Source of the DNA: Spirochaetia bacterium
Lineage (GTDB): Bacteria; Spirochaetota; Spirochaetia; SZUA-6; Bin103
DNA length: 64,000 nt
Assembly: GCA_965199955.1 (NCBI GenBank)
Contig: CBDATQ010000001.1
Location: 1,792,001 to 1,856,000 of the forward strand
Direction: 5' to 3'
Under the pieces are notes generated by a model. That model was given only the letters and a program-made list of their open reading frames with translations. It ran no database searches and was not told the DNA's origin. Positions 53,725-62,847 of the stretch are shown here, piece after piece. The first letter of the stretch is position 1. Each line of letters starts with the position of its first letter. The translations under genes and the position numbers were made by a program.

Positions 53725-55383
53725 ATGACTCTCATCACCGACTTCTCGATCGCGCAGCCGGCGGACCGGCTGATCACCGACGACCGGACGACGTTCGGCC
53801 CGATCTCCAGGCCGAAGCCGGGCGCGTGGCGCCTGATCGACTACGAGACCGAGCAGTTCGGCGGCCGGTTCCTGCAGGCATCCGACCGGCAGGCCGCCGT
53901 GCTGACGGTGCCGCTCGGCTGCGACGGGTGGCACGCGGTGTCGATCGGCATCGCCGGCAGCGGCGTCAAGCAGGGCCCGGCCTCGATCGAGGTGCGGCTG
54001 GAGGGCGACGAGCACTGGCAGTACCTGCGCGCCGAGGGGTGGATCGACTACGTGGAGGAGCCGTGGATCATCGCCGACCTCACCGGCCGGTCGCTGCAGG
54101 TGCGCTTCCCGCAGCAGGTGCCAGGGCCGGTGCTGGCGCGCCTGTGCTCGGTGCGGGCGGTTCCCGTCAGCGACGAGCACGTGCGCGAGCTCCGGGACGA
54201 CCCGCCGCGTCCACTGGTGTTCTCGAACGACGGCAACATGTTCAACGGCGCCGAGCCGGGCACGGAGATCGTGGAGCAGGCGTTCCGCCGGTTCGCGGGC
54301 AGCCCGTGGACCATGGGCTGCTACGGGGTGGGCGGCGCCGACTGCGTCCACTACGGCACCAAGGTTGGGAACATCATCGGCCAGGACGCCTGGGATTCCG
54401 AGGAGGGCTACCTGGGCAGCTACGACGTGGTCACCGCCATGATCGACATGGGGCTCGACCCCCTGCAGGTGGCGATCGACAGCGCGCACCGCCTGGGCCT
54501 GGGGATCGTCGCCTACCTGCGCGTGCAGCTCTGGATCTGCGAGCCGCCGCTGGACCAGCAGTTCCGCTCCTCTTTCTACGCCGCGCATCCCGAGTACTGC
54601 TGCGTGGAGGCCGACGGGGTTGCCGACCACAGCAAGCTGAGCGTCGCCTTTCCCGAGGTGCGCGGGCAGCTCAACGGCATCATGCGCGAGTGCCTGGAGC
54701 GCGGCGCCGACGGGGTGTGCCTGTGCTTCGCGCGCGGCTTCCCGCTGGTGCGCTACGAGCAGCCGGTACTGGACCGCTACCGGGAGCGGTACGGCGGCGA
54801 CGCGCGCGAGCTGGACGACCGCGACGAGCGGCTGCGCGCCGTCTGGGCGGAGATCACGACCGAGTGGATCCGGGAGATCCGGCAGATGCTGGACGAATTC
54901 GGCCCGTCGGAACGGTACGAGCGGCGCAAGCTGGCGCTGATCGCCGGCCCTGACATGGAGTGGTGCCTGGGCTACGGGATCGACGTGGGCGCCTGGGGGC
55001 GGGCGGGGTTGATCGACGTCGTCGCGCCGTACCCGCGCGGCATCGAAAAGCGGGAGGACATCTGCGAACTGTTGACCGCAGGAGTGGGCGAGTACGCGCG
55101 GGCGCTGGAGGGGACGGACGTGGAACTGGTGCCGTCACTGGGCAGCTTCGCCGACCACGCGATGACGGTCCGGGAGGTGCGCACACGCGCCGACGGCTGT
55201 TACCGCCAGGGCGCCACCGGCCTGAGCCGCTGGGACACCGACCCCTGGATGGCCCACCTGGGACTGGAGAGCGCCGTCGCGCAGCGGCTGTGGGTCGAGC
55301 ACTACATGCCGCCGGCCGCCAACGCCGTGGTGTCCACCGCCGGCCTGAACCGGGTCCGCTTCAACCCCCGCATCGGCGTGTGA
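53725..55383 (+). CDS. GHL10-like TIM-barrel protein with N-terminal beta domain, tandem copy 1
   Basis: 'SNDG', 'DPLQVAID.AH', 'FYAAHPEY', 'SVAFPEVR', 'GADGVCLCFARG'. Confidence 0.7.
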   Translation: MTLITDFSIAQPADRLITDDRTTFGPISRPKPGAWRLIDYETEQFGGRFLQASDRQAAVLTVPLGCDGWHAVSIGIAGSGVKQGPASIEVRLEGDEHWQYLRAEGWIDYVEEPWIIADLTGRSLQVRFPQQVPGPVLARLCSVRAVPVSDEHVRELRDDPPRPLVFSNDGNMFNGAEPGTEIVEQAFRRFAGSPWTMGCYGVGGADCVHYGTKVGNIIGQDAWDSEEGYLGSYDVVTAMIDMGLDPLQVAIDSAHRLGLGIVAYLRVQLWICEPPLDQQFRSSFYAAHPEYCCVEADGVADHSKLSVAFPEVRGQLNGIMRECLERGADGVCLCFARGFPLVRYEQPVLDRYRERYGGDARELDDRDERLRAVWAEITTEWIREIRQMLDEFGPSERYERRKLALIAGPDMEWCLGYGIDVGAWGRAGLIDVVAPYPRGIEKREDICELLTAGVGEYARALEGTDVELVPSLGSFADHAMTVREVRTRADGCYRQGATGLSRWDTDPWMAHLGLESAVAQRLWVEHYMPPAANAVVSTAGLNRVRFNPRIGV

Positions 55384-55387
55384 GTCC

Positions 55388-57037
55388 GTGACCCTCATCA
55401 CCGACTTCTCGATCGCGCAGCCGGCCGACCGGCTGATCGCGGACGACCCGACGACGTTCGGCCCGATCTCCAGGCCGAAGCCGGGCGCGTGGCGCCTGAT
55501 CGACTACGAGACCGAGCAGTTCGGCGGCCGGTTCCTGCAGGCATCCGACCGGCAGGCCGCCGTGCTGACGGTGCCGCTCGGCTGCGACGGGTGGCACGCG
55601 GTGTCGATCGGCATCGCCGCCAGCGGCGTCAAGCGGGGGCCGGCCTCGATCGAGGTGCGGCTCGAAGGCGACGAGCACTGGCAGTACCTGCGTGCCGAAG
55701 ACTGGATCCACTACGTGGAGGAGCCGTGGATCATCGCCGATCTCACCGGCCGGTCGCTGCAGGTACGCTTCCCGCGGCAGGTGCGGGGGCCGGTGCTGGC
55801 GCGCCTGTGCTCGGTGCGGGCCGTTCCCGTGCGCGACGAGCACATGCGGGAGCTTGCGGCCGAGCGGCCGCGGCCGCCGATGTTCATCCACGACAGCGCC
55901 GTCGCCGAGCCGGGCGCCGAGGCCATCGAACGGTTGTTCCGGCCGTATGCCGGCAGCGTGTGGACGTCGGGTTGCTACGGCGTGTGCGGCGCCGACTGCG
56001 TCGACTACCCCACCGAGGTGGGGAACATCAACGGCCAGGACGCCTGGGATGCCGAGGAGGGCTACCTGGGCAGCTACGACGTGATCACCCGGATGATGGC
56101 CATGGGGCTCGACCCCTTGCAGGTGGCGATCGACAGCGCGCACGGAGCAGGGCTGGCCCTGATCGTCTACCTGCGCGTGCAGCTCTGGACCTGCGAGCCG
56201 CCGCTGGACCAGCAGTTCCGCTCCTCTTTCTACGCCGCGCATCCCGAGTACTGCTGCGTGGAGGCCGACGGGGTTGCCGACCACAGCAAGCTGAGCGTCG
56301 CCTTTCCCGAGGTGCGCGGGCAGCTCAACGGCATCATGCGCGAGTGCCTGGAGCGCGGCGCCGACGGGGTGTGCCTGTGCTTCGCGCGCGGCTTCCCGCT
56401 GGTGCGCTACGAGCAGCCGGTACTGGACCGCTACCGGGAGCGGTACGGCGGCGACGCGCGCGAGCTGGACGACCGCGACGAGCGGCTTCGTGCCGTCTGG
56501 GCGGAGATCACGACGGAGTGGATCCGGGAGATCCGCGAGATGCTGGACGAGTTCGGGCCGTCACAGCGGTACGAACGTCGCAAGCTGGCGCTGATCGCGG
56601 GTCCTGACATGGAGTGGTGTCTGGGCTACGGGATCGATGTGGGCGCCTGGGGCCGCGCGGGGCTGGTCGACGTCGTCGCCCCGTACCCTCGGGGCATCGA
56701 GCGGCAGGAGGACCTCGGGGAGCTGCTCGTCGACGGAGTGGGAGAGTACGCGCGGGCGCTGAAGGGGACGGACGTGGAGCTGGTCCCGTCAATCGGCAGC
56801 TTCGCCGACCATGCGATGACGGTCCGGGAGGTGCGCACGCGCGCCGACGGCTGTTACCGCCAGGGCGCCACCGGCCTGAGCCGCTGGGACACCGACCACT
56901 GGATGATCCACCTGGGACTGGAGAGCGTCGTCGCGCAGCGGCTGTGGGTCGAGCACTACATGCCGCCGGCCGCCAATGCGGTGGTGTCCATCGCCGGCCT
57001 GAACCGAATCCGCTTCAACCCGCGCATCGGCGTCTGA
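55388..57037 (+). CDS. GHL10-like TIM-barrel protein, tandem copy 2
   Basis: Near-identical to copy 1 along most of its length. Confidence 0.7.
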   Translation: MTLITDFSIAQPADRLIADDPTTFGPISRPKPGAWRLIDYETEQFGGRFLQASDRQAAVLTVPLGCDGWHAVSIGIAASGVKRGPASIEVRLEGDEHWQYLRAEDWIHYVEEPWIIADLTGRSLQVRFPRQVRGPVLARLCSVRAVPVRDEHMRELAAERPRPPMFIHDSAVAEPGAEAIERLFRPYAGSVWTSGCYGVCGADCVDYPTEVGNINGQDAWDAEEGYLGSYDVITRMMAMGLDPLQVAIDSAHGAGLALIVYLRVQLWTCEPPLDQQFRSSFYAAHPEYCCVEADGVADHSKLSVAFPEVRGQLNGIMRECLERGADGVCLCFARGFPLVRYEQPVLDRYRERYGGDARELDDRDERLRAVWAEITTEWIREIREMLDEFGPSQRYERRKLALIAGPDMEWCLGYGIDVGAWGRAGLVDVVAPYPRGIERQEDLGELLVDGVGEYARALKGTDVELVPSIGSFADHAMTVREVRTRADGCYRQGATGLSRWDTDHWMIHLGLESVVAQRLWVEHYMPPAANAVVSIAGLNRIRFNPRIGV

Positions 57038-57086
57038 CTCCCGGAGAGACGCTGACGAGCGCATCGCTGGTCGACTTCTCTGTAGA

Positions 57087-57225
57087 TTGCCGCCATGGCG
57101 GTAAATTTGCCGATATTGATAGGCCTTTGCCACGCTTTACGCGATATTGCTGCTATGGCAGTAACATATGGTCAAGTCGCTTGACGCCGTGCGATTAATA
57201 CACGAATATACCGCCATACCGGTAA
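57087..57225 (+). promoter_or_regulatory. Three 18-bp palindromic operator-like sites and a sigma70-like -35 element upstream of hipB
   Basis: TTGCCGCCATGGCGGTAA (57087), TTGCTGCTATGGCAGTAA (57147), ATACCGCCATACCGGTAA (57208); TTGACG at 57181. Confidence 0.7.
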
Positions 57226-57238
57226 TAGAGGCTGAAAC

Positions 57239-57514
57239 ATGAAGATCCTCACGTCTCAGTCGCTTGGTGAAGCGCTCCGGTACCACCGTCGGCGCAGCGG
57301 ACTGAGCCAGCATGCACTGGCCGACCTTGCAGGCATCGGCAAGACTTCGGTCTTCGACATCGAGAAAGGGAAGCCGACGGTACGCCTGGCGACGGTGATG
57401 GCGGTCCTGCGCGCCCTCAATATCGATCTGATGCTCGACGGACCGCTGATGGCTGAGTGCCGCGCCTTGCTGGACTCCGAGCGCCGGAACGCGGGCGCGG
57501 AGAACGAGCCGTGA
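57239..57514 (+). CDS. HipB-like XRE HTH regulator
   Basis: 'GLSQHALADLAGIGKTSVFDIEKGK'. Confidence 0.85.
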   Translation: MKILTSQSLGEALRYHRRRSGLSQHALADLAGIGKTSVFDIEKGKPTVRLATVMAVLRALNIDLMLDGPLMAECRALLDSERRNAGAENEP

Positions 57515-57822
57515 GGAGAGCCACGGTCCACGTGATGGGCGCGCCGGCCGGAGTGCTCGAGGAACCCGAGCCGGGGCGGTTCGTGTTCCGGTACCTGGAT
57601 GCCTACGACGGCCCGCCGGTCTCGCTCACCATGCCGGTTGCGAGGCAGGAGCGCTCGTTCGACCGGTTTCCCCCGTTCTTCGAGGGGTTGCTGCCGGAAG
57701 GCGAGATGCTGGAGGGGCTGCTGCGCCAGCGCAAGCTCGATCGCGACGACCTGTTCGCGCAGCTCCTGGCGGTGGGCGAGGAGGTGGTCGGGGCGGTAAC
57801 GGTGGTCGAGGATACGGCTTGA
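57511..57822 (+). CDS. HipA N-terminal domain protein (HipS-like antitoxin)
   Basis: 'FVFRY', 'PVSLTMP', 'PFFEGLLPEG', 'VGAVTV'; GTGA overlap with hipB. Confidence 0.85.
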   Translation: MRRATVHVMGAPAGVLEEPEPGRFVFRYLDAYDGPPVSLTMPVARQERSFDRFPPFFEGLLPEGEMLEGLLRQRKLDRDDLFAQLLAVGEEVVGAVTVVEDTA

Positions 57823-58154
57823 ACCGCTGCCCCATCACCTACGAACCGTGCGGCGACGACCGGTACTCCCGCGCAGGGCTGCGCTCGCTGTCGCCCAATC
57901 TGAAGTCCCTGCACGACTTTCCCTACGCAGCCGAACGGCAACGGCAGGAGGCAGTGATCCGGGCGGGCAGGATGTCGATCCAGGGAGTGCAGCCGAAGCT
58001 GAGCGTACGCCTCGACGCCACGGCAGGCATGTTCCGGGTCGTCGATCGGGGCGGACGGTACGTCCTCAAGCCGCAGCACCACGTGTACCCGAACCTGCCG
58101 GAGAACGAGGGCGCTCTATCTCGCACTGCTCAGCGAACGCCTGGTGGTCCTTGA
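57819..58154 (+). pseudogene. HipT-like kinase toxin, truncated near 58110
   Basis: Gly-rich loop 'MSIQGVQPKLS', 'YVLKP', 'LPENE', then homology ends; catalytic C-lobe absent. Confidence 0.8.
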
Positions 58155-58163
58155 CCTGAACGG

Positions 58164-58745
58164 ATGAGCGGTCCCTCCCGCCGGTCGCCGTACACGTCCG
58201 CGGGGCCGTGCTATGCTTGCGGTTCGGTGTCGTCTCCCCGCGAGGATCGGGGTCACGGATACCCCGACCTGAAACCGCTGCTCGACGTGTACTTGGCCGA
58301 GGTGCGCGACAGGCTCGGGACAGACGTGTCCGCGGTTGCCCTCTACGGGTCGGTGGCCCGCGGCCAGGCGCGCGCGGCGAGCGACATCGACCTGTTCGTG
58401 GTCCATCGCGGCGAGCGGGCTGCAGTGTTCGAGGTCTTCCTCGATGTCGCGCTTCGGTTGCGGGACCATCCGCTGGTTGCAGGGCTGCAGGCACGCGACG
58501 CCCCGACCGAGCCGTGTCCCGTGTTCCGTTCCGAGGAAGAATTGGCGGATACGCCATGGCTCCTGCTGGACGTCTGCGACCACGGCATCATCCTGTTCGA
58601 TCCACGCGAGGTTCTGGCGCGCAAGCTGGCGAGCCTGCGCGCTCGCCTGCGCGAGCTCGGCTCTCGCCGCGTCGAGCTGGCCGACGGCTCCTGGTATTGG
58701 GACCTGAAGCCCGATATGCGCGCCGGCGAAGTCATCGCCCTGTAG
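58164..58745 (+). CDS. Minimal nucleotidyltransferase (MNT) domain protein; start uncertain
   Basis: 'LYGSVARGQARAASDIDL' (GSx10DxD); C-terminal 'WYWDLKP'. Confidence 0.82.
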   Translation: MSGPSRRSPYTSAGPCYACGSVSSPREDRGHGYPDLKPLLDVYLAEVRDRLGTDVSAVALYGSVARGQARAASDIDLFVVHRGERAAVFEVFLDVALRLRDHPLVAGLQARDAPTEPCPVFRSEEELADTPWLLLDVCDHGIILFDPREVLARKLASLRARLRELGSRRVELADGSWYWDLKPDMRAGEVIAL

Positions 58746-58761
58746 CGGCGGAACGGCTGTC

Positions 58762-59199
58762 ATGGACAACGGGGAGCGCGGGCGGAGGCTGATGGCGATG
58801 GCGAGCGAGTATCTGCAGGACATGGAGGCTTCCTACGCCCGCAAGTCGTGGAACGCCGTGGTCCGCCGCGCACAGGAAGTCGTCGAGCTGTCCCTGAAAG
58901 GGGTGCTCAGCTATCTGGGGGTGGACTTCCCGAAGGTACACGATCCGGCCGCCGTGTTCGTCGCCACCGTGTCCGCCAGGGGCATGGAGTTGGGCCAGGA
59001 GGAAGCGGCGGACGTAACCGCCGTCTCGGCCAGACTTGCCCGCAAACGCGCGCCGGCGTTCTACTTCGAGCACACCGAAGACGCCTCCGCGGCCGAGGAA
59101 GCGGTGGCTGACGCGCGCCGCATTCATCGGCTGTGCACGCGCCTCGTCGCGGGCATCCAAGCCCTGTCCTCAGAGCCGGACTGTCCCGGATCCGAGTGA
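58762..59199 (+). CDS. HEPN domain protein
   Basis: 'AQEVVELSLKG', 'PKVHD', 'RAPAFY'; directly downstream of MNT. Confidence 0.85.
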   Translation: MDNGERGRRLMAMASEYLQDMEASYARKSWNAVVRRAQEVVELSLKGVLSYLGVDFPKVHDPAAVFVATVSARGMELGQEEAADVTAVSARLARKRAPAFYFEHTEDASAAEEAVADARRIHRLCTRLVAGIQALSSEPDCPGSE

Positions 59200-59287
59200 C
59201 GTGAGCGCCCGCGCCAACCACGTCGCACCGCCGGTAGCGGAGCGCTCCTACCGCGTCACAGCGATCGTCGTATGATGCGGGGCAACC

Positions 59288-62200
59288 ATGGGACGCACTC
59301 AGCTCGCACCTGAACTGTTCGAGACGATCGACTGGCGCTGCATCGGGCCGCACCGCGGCGGCCGCGTGGTGGCGGTCGCCGGGGACCCCTCGCAAGCCCA
59401 GATCTTCTACTTCGGCGCCTGCGCGGGCGGCGTCTGGAAGACCACCGACGGGGGCACTTACTGGGAGAACGTCTCCGACGACTTCTTCGGGACCGCCGCC
59501 GTGGGCGCGATCGCGGTCGCCGACGCCGACCCCAACGTCGTCTACGCCGGCACGGGCGAGGCGTGCATCCGCGTGGACGTCTCGCACGGCGACGGCGTCT
59601 ACCGCTCGACCGACGGCGGCGCGACCTGGAGCAACGTCGGCCTGACCGACACCCGCCACATCGGCCGCATCCGCATCCATCCGGATGACCCCGACCTGGT
59701 CTATGTGGCCGCCCTCGGCCACGCCTTCGGTCCCAACGACCAGCGCGGCGTGTTCCGCTCCCACGACGGCGGCGCCACCTGGGAGCACGTGCTGCACCGC
59801 GACGCCGAGACCGGCGCCATCGACCTCGCCATCGACCCCACCAACCCGCGCGTCCTGTACGCCGCGCTCTGGCAGGTGATCCGCCGGCCGTGGATCCTGG
59901 AGTCCGGCGGCCCCGGCAGCGGCATCTTCAAGTCCACCGACGGCGGCGATACCTGGACGGAGATCTCAGGCAACCCCGGCCTGCCGGAGGGCATCAAGGG
60001 CCGCATCGGCATCGCCTGCTCGCCGGCCAAGTCCGGACGGGTGTGGGCGATCGTCGAGGCGGAGAAGGGCGCGCTGCTGCGTTCCGAGGACGGCGGCGCA
60101 AACTGGGAGGTGGCGAGCGCCGAGCGCGACCTGCGCCAGCGCCCCTGGTACTACCACCACGTGTTCGCCGACCCGCAGGACGCCGACACTGTGTGGGTGC
60201 TCAACCTGTCGGCCTGGAAGTCCACGGACGCCGGCAAGACCTTCACGACGGTGCCGACCCCGCACGGCGACAACCACGACCTGTGGATCGACCCGACCGA
60301 CCCTCGCCGCATGATCGAGGGCAACGACGGCGGCGCCTGCGTCTCCTTCAACGGCGGCGACACCTGGTCGACGATCTACAACCAGCCGACCTCGCAGTTC
60401 TACCACCTCACCACCGACACGCAGTTCCCGTACCGGGTGTACGGCACGCAGCAGGACAACTCCGCGATCAGCGTGCCCAGCCGCTCGGACAAGGGCATCA
60501 TCCGCATGGACGACTGCTACACGGTCGGCAACTCGGAGAGCGGCCACATCCAGGTGCGGCCCGACAACCCCAACATCGTCTACTCCGGCGCCATCGGCAG
60601 CGCCCCCGGCGGCGGCGGCGTGCTGCTGCGCTACGACCACGCGACCGCGCAGATCCGCATCATCACCGCCTGGCCGGAGGAGTACTCCGGCTACGGCCCC
60701 AAGGACCTCAAGTACCGCTTCCAGTGGACGTACCCGATCCTGATCTCGCCGCACGACCCCGACGTGCTCTACATCGCCGGCAACGTGCTGTTCCGCTCCA
60801 CCGACGACGGCGCGAGCTGGGAGGTGATCAGCCCCGACCTGACCCGCGACGACCCGAGCAAGCAGGAGCCCTCCGGCGGCCCGATCACCAAGGACACCAC
60901 CGGCGCCGAGCACTACTGCACGATCTTCGCCTTCGTCGAGTCCACGCATCAGCAGGGGCTGTTCTGGGCCGGCTCCGACGACGGGCTCATGCACCTGTCC
61001 CGCGACGGCGGCGCCAACTGGCAGGAGATCACGCCGCCGGAGCTCCCCGAGTGGGCGACCGTGGCCACGATCGAGCTGTCCCCGCACGACGAGGCGACTG
61101 CCTACGTGGCCGCCTTCCGCTACAAGCTCGACGACTACCGGCCGTACCTGTTCAAGACCGCCGACTACGGCGCGACCTGGACGCGGATCACCGGCAACCT
61201 GCCGGAGGACGACTTCACGCGCGTCATACGCGAGGACCCGGAGCGTCCGGGGCTGCTGTACGCCGGCACCGAGCGCGGCATCCACGTCTCATCGGACGAC
61301 GGCGCCTCCTGGCAGCCGTTCCAGTGCAACCTGCCGGTGGCGCCGATCCACGACCTGGCGGTCCGCGGCGACGACCTGATCGCGGCCACCCACGGCCGCT
61401 CGTTCTGGATCACCGACGGCCTGGGGCTGCTGCGGCAGTTGGCGGCAGGCGAGGTCGCCCCGGTGCACCTGTTCGCGCCTGCTCCCACGCTCCGCATGGC
61501 CGGTGAGGCCGACCCCACGGCTGCCTCGCCCAAGCAGTACATGGTCGGGCTCGGCCAGCCGGGCACCCTCTATGTCGCGCAGAAACCCGGCGGGGGCTTC
61601 GAGCGCCGCGCGCTGGACTGCGGCGTCAATCCCCGCGCGGGCGTGGTCCTGCACTACCACTTGAAGGAAGAGCCGGAAGGCGAGGTCACCCTGTCCTTCC
61701 ACGACGCGGACGGCCAGGAGATCCGCACGTTCTCCAGCGTGGAGCCGGAGCCGCCCTCGGAGGAGGACAAGGAGAAGGGGAAGGAGGAGTCGCCCAAGGA
61801 CCCGGTGGTGCCGGCCAAGGCCGGCATGAACCGCTTCGCCTGGGACATGCGCTACCCCGGCTCGCACCCGATCACGGGTACCGCCGACCGACCGCCCGGG
61901 CCGCTGGCCGCCCCGGGCCGTTACGAGGCGCGCCTCACCGTGGCGGACGCCACCCACCGGCAGCCGTTCGAGATCCGCAAGGACCCGCGCCTGGAGGCGA
62001 CGCAGGAGGAGCTGGATGCCCAGTTCGAGCTGGCCATCCGGATCCGCGACAAGGTCTCGGAGGCCAACGACGCGGTCAGCGAGCTGCGCAGCGCCAGCCG
62101 GCAGATGGGCGAGTGGGCCGGCCGCGCCAAGGACGGCCCCGGCGAGCAGCCGGTCGCCGACGCGGCGCGCGCGCTCCGGAAGGAGATGAAGGCGATCGAG

Positions 62201-62494
62201 GAGGAGCTGGTCGAGCCGCGCGCCGAGGGGGCGCTGAACCGCCTCAACCACCCGGTCAAGCTGGTCGCCAAGCTGGGCGCCCTGACCAGCGTGGTGACCA
62301 ACGCCGACACGGCGCCGCCGAAGCAGGCGTACGACGTGTACGACCACCTGGCCGGCCGGATCGACGCGCAGCTCGCCCGGCTCGGAGAGACCCTGGACAG
62401 CCGGCTGCCGCCCTTCGCGGACCTGCTGCGCGAGCACGAGGTCCCGGCGGTGGTGCCGGGTAGCGAGCCGGTGGCGGACGCCAAGAGCGACTGA
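59288..62494 (+). CDS. VPS10/sortilin-like BNR-repeat glycosyl hydrolase
   Basis: 'WRCIGPHRGGR', many S/TxDGGxTW boxes, 'ATHGRSFW', C-terminal helical domain; no signal peptide. Confidence 0.88.
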   Translation: MGRTQLAPELFETIDWRCIGPHRGGRVVAVAGDPSQAQIFYFGACAGGVWKTTDGGTYWENVSDDFFGTAAVGAIAVADADPNVVYAGTGEACIRVDVSHGDGVYRSTDGGATWSNVGLTDTRHIGRIRIHPDDPDLVYVAALGHAFGPNDQRGVFRSHDGGATWEHVLHRDAETGAIDLAIDPTNPRVLYAALWQVIRRPWILESGGPGSGIFKSTDGGDTWTEISGNPGLPEGIKGRIGIACSPAKSGRVWAIVEAEKGALLRSEDGGANWEVASAERDLRQRPWYYHHVFADPQDADTVWVLNLSAWKSTDAGKTFTTVPTPHGDNHDLWIDPTDPRRMIEGNDGGACVSFNGGDTWSTIYNQPTSQFYHLTTDTQFPYRVYGTQQDNSAISVPSRSDKGIIRMDDCYTVGNSESGHIQVRPDNPNIVYSGAIGSAPGGGGVLLRYDHATAQIRIITAWPEEYSGYGPKDLKYRFQWTYPILISPHDPDVLYIAGNVLFRSTDDGASWEVISPDLTRDDPSKQEPSGGPITKDTTGAEHYCTIFAFVESTHQQGLFWAGSDDGLMHLSRDGGANWQEITPPELPEWATVATIELSPHDEATAYVAAFRYKLDDYRPYLFKTADYGATWTRITGNLPEDDFTRVIREDPERPGLLYAGTERGIHVSSDDGASWQPFQCNLPVAPIHDLAVRGDDLIAATHGRSFWITDGLGLLRQLAAGEVAPVHLFAPAPTLRMAGEADPTAASPKQYMVGLGQPGTLYVAQKPGGGFERRALDCGVNPRAGVVLHYHLKEEPEGEVTLSFHDADGQEIRTFSSVEPEPPSEEDKEKGKEESPKDPVVPAKAGMNRFAWDMRYPGSHPITGTADRPPGPLAAPGRYEARLTVADATHRQPFEIRKDPRLEATQEELDAQFELAIRIRDKVSEANDAVSELRSASRQMGEWAGRAKDGPGEQPVADAARALRKEMKAIEEELVEPRAEGALNRLNHPVKLVAKLGALTSVVTNADTAPPKQAYDVYDHLAGRIDAQLARLGETLDSRLPPFADLLREHEVPAVVPGSEPVADAKSD

Positions 62495-62634
62495 TGGGCC
62501 GGCCGCTCGGCGTCCCCGAGGTGCGCTGGGAGCGCATGTTCCCGGACGAGCTGGACGCGGCGTTCGAGCGCTGCCCGGTCCTGTACCTGCCCTACGGGCT
62601 GTGCGAGCCGCACGGTCCGCAGAGCGCCCTGGGC
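62494..62634 (+). pseudogene. Creatininase-family N-terminal fragment
   Basis: 'WERMFPDEL...PVLYLPYGLCEPHGPQSALG' then homology ends. Confidence 0.65.
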
Positions 62635-62847
62635 CACGAAGACGCCGTGGCCGACGTCAAGTCCGCGATCCCGTTCCCATATCGAGACGTTCGGATCCGA
62701 AGTGTTCGAGGACGATGCGCCGGCGTTGGAGGTCTTCGTTGTCGAAGCGGGCATTGCTCTCAGGTGAGCCGATTCCCGACAGATTCACCTTGTCGGCGGG
62801 TTATCAAGACGTTCGGGCGTCTGGGCTTCCAGGTCGTTCGCGAAGGA
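62635..62847 (+). pseudogene. HicB C-terminal plus HicA N-terminal remnants
   Basis: 'EDAVADVKSAI.FHIETFG' (frameshifted) with TGA overlapping GTG of 'SRFPTDSPCRRVIKTFGRLGFQVVREG'. Confidence 0.55.

Larger units (their letters stand above)
53725..57037 (+). repeat. Tandem gene duplication (about 1.66-kb unit x2)
   Basis: About 295-bp identical tract at ~54538-54833 and ~56192-56487; near-identical 5' and 3' ends. Confidence 0.92.

Noticed and set aside
53725..57037. Diversity-generating retroelement template/variable repeat pair
   Set aside because: No reverse transcriptase in the window; differences are not adenine-specific; both copies are full genes
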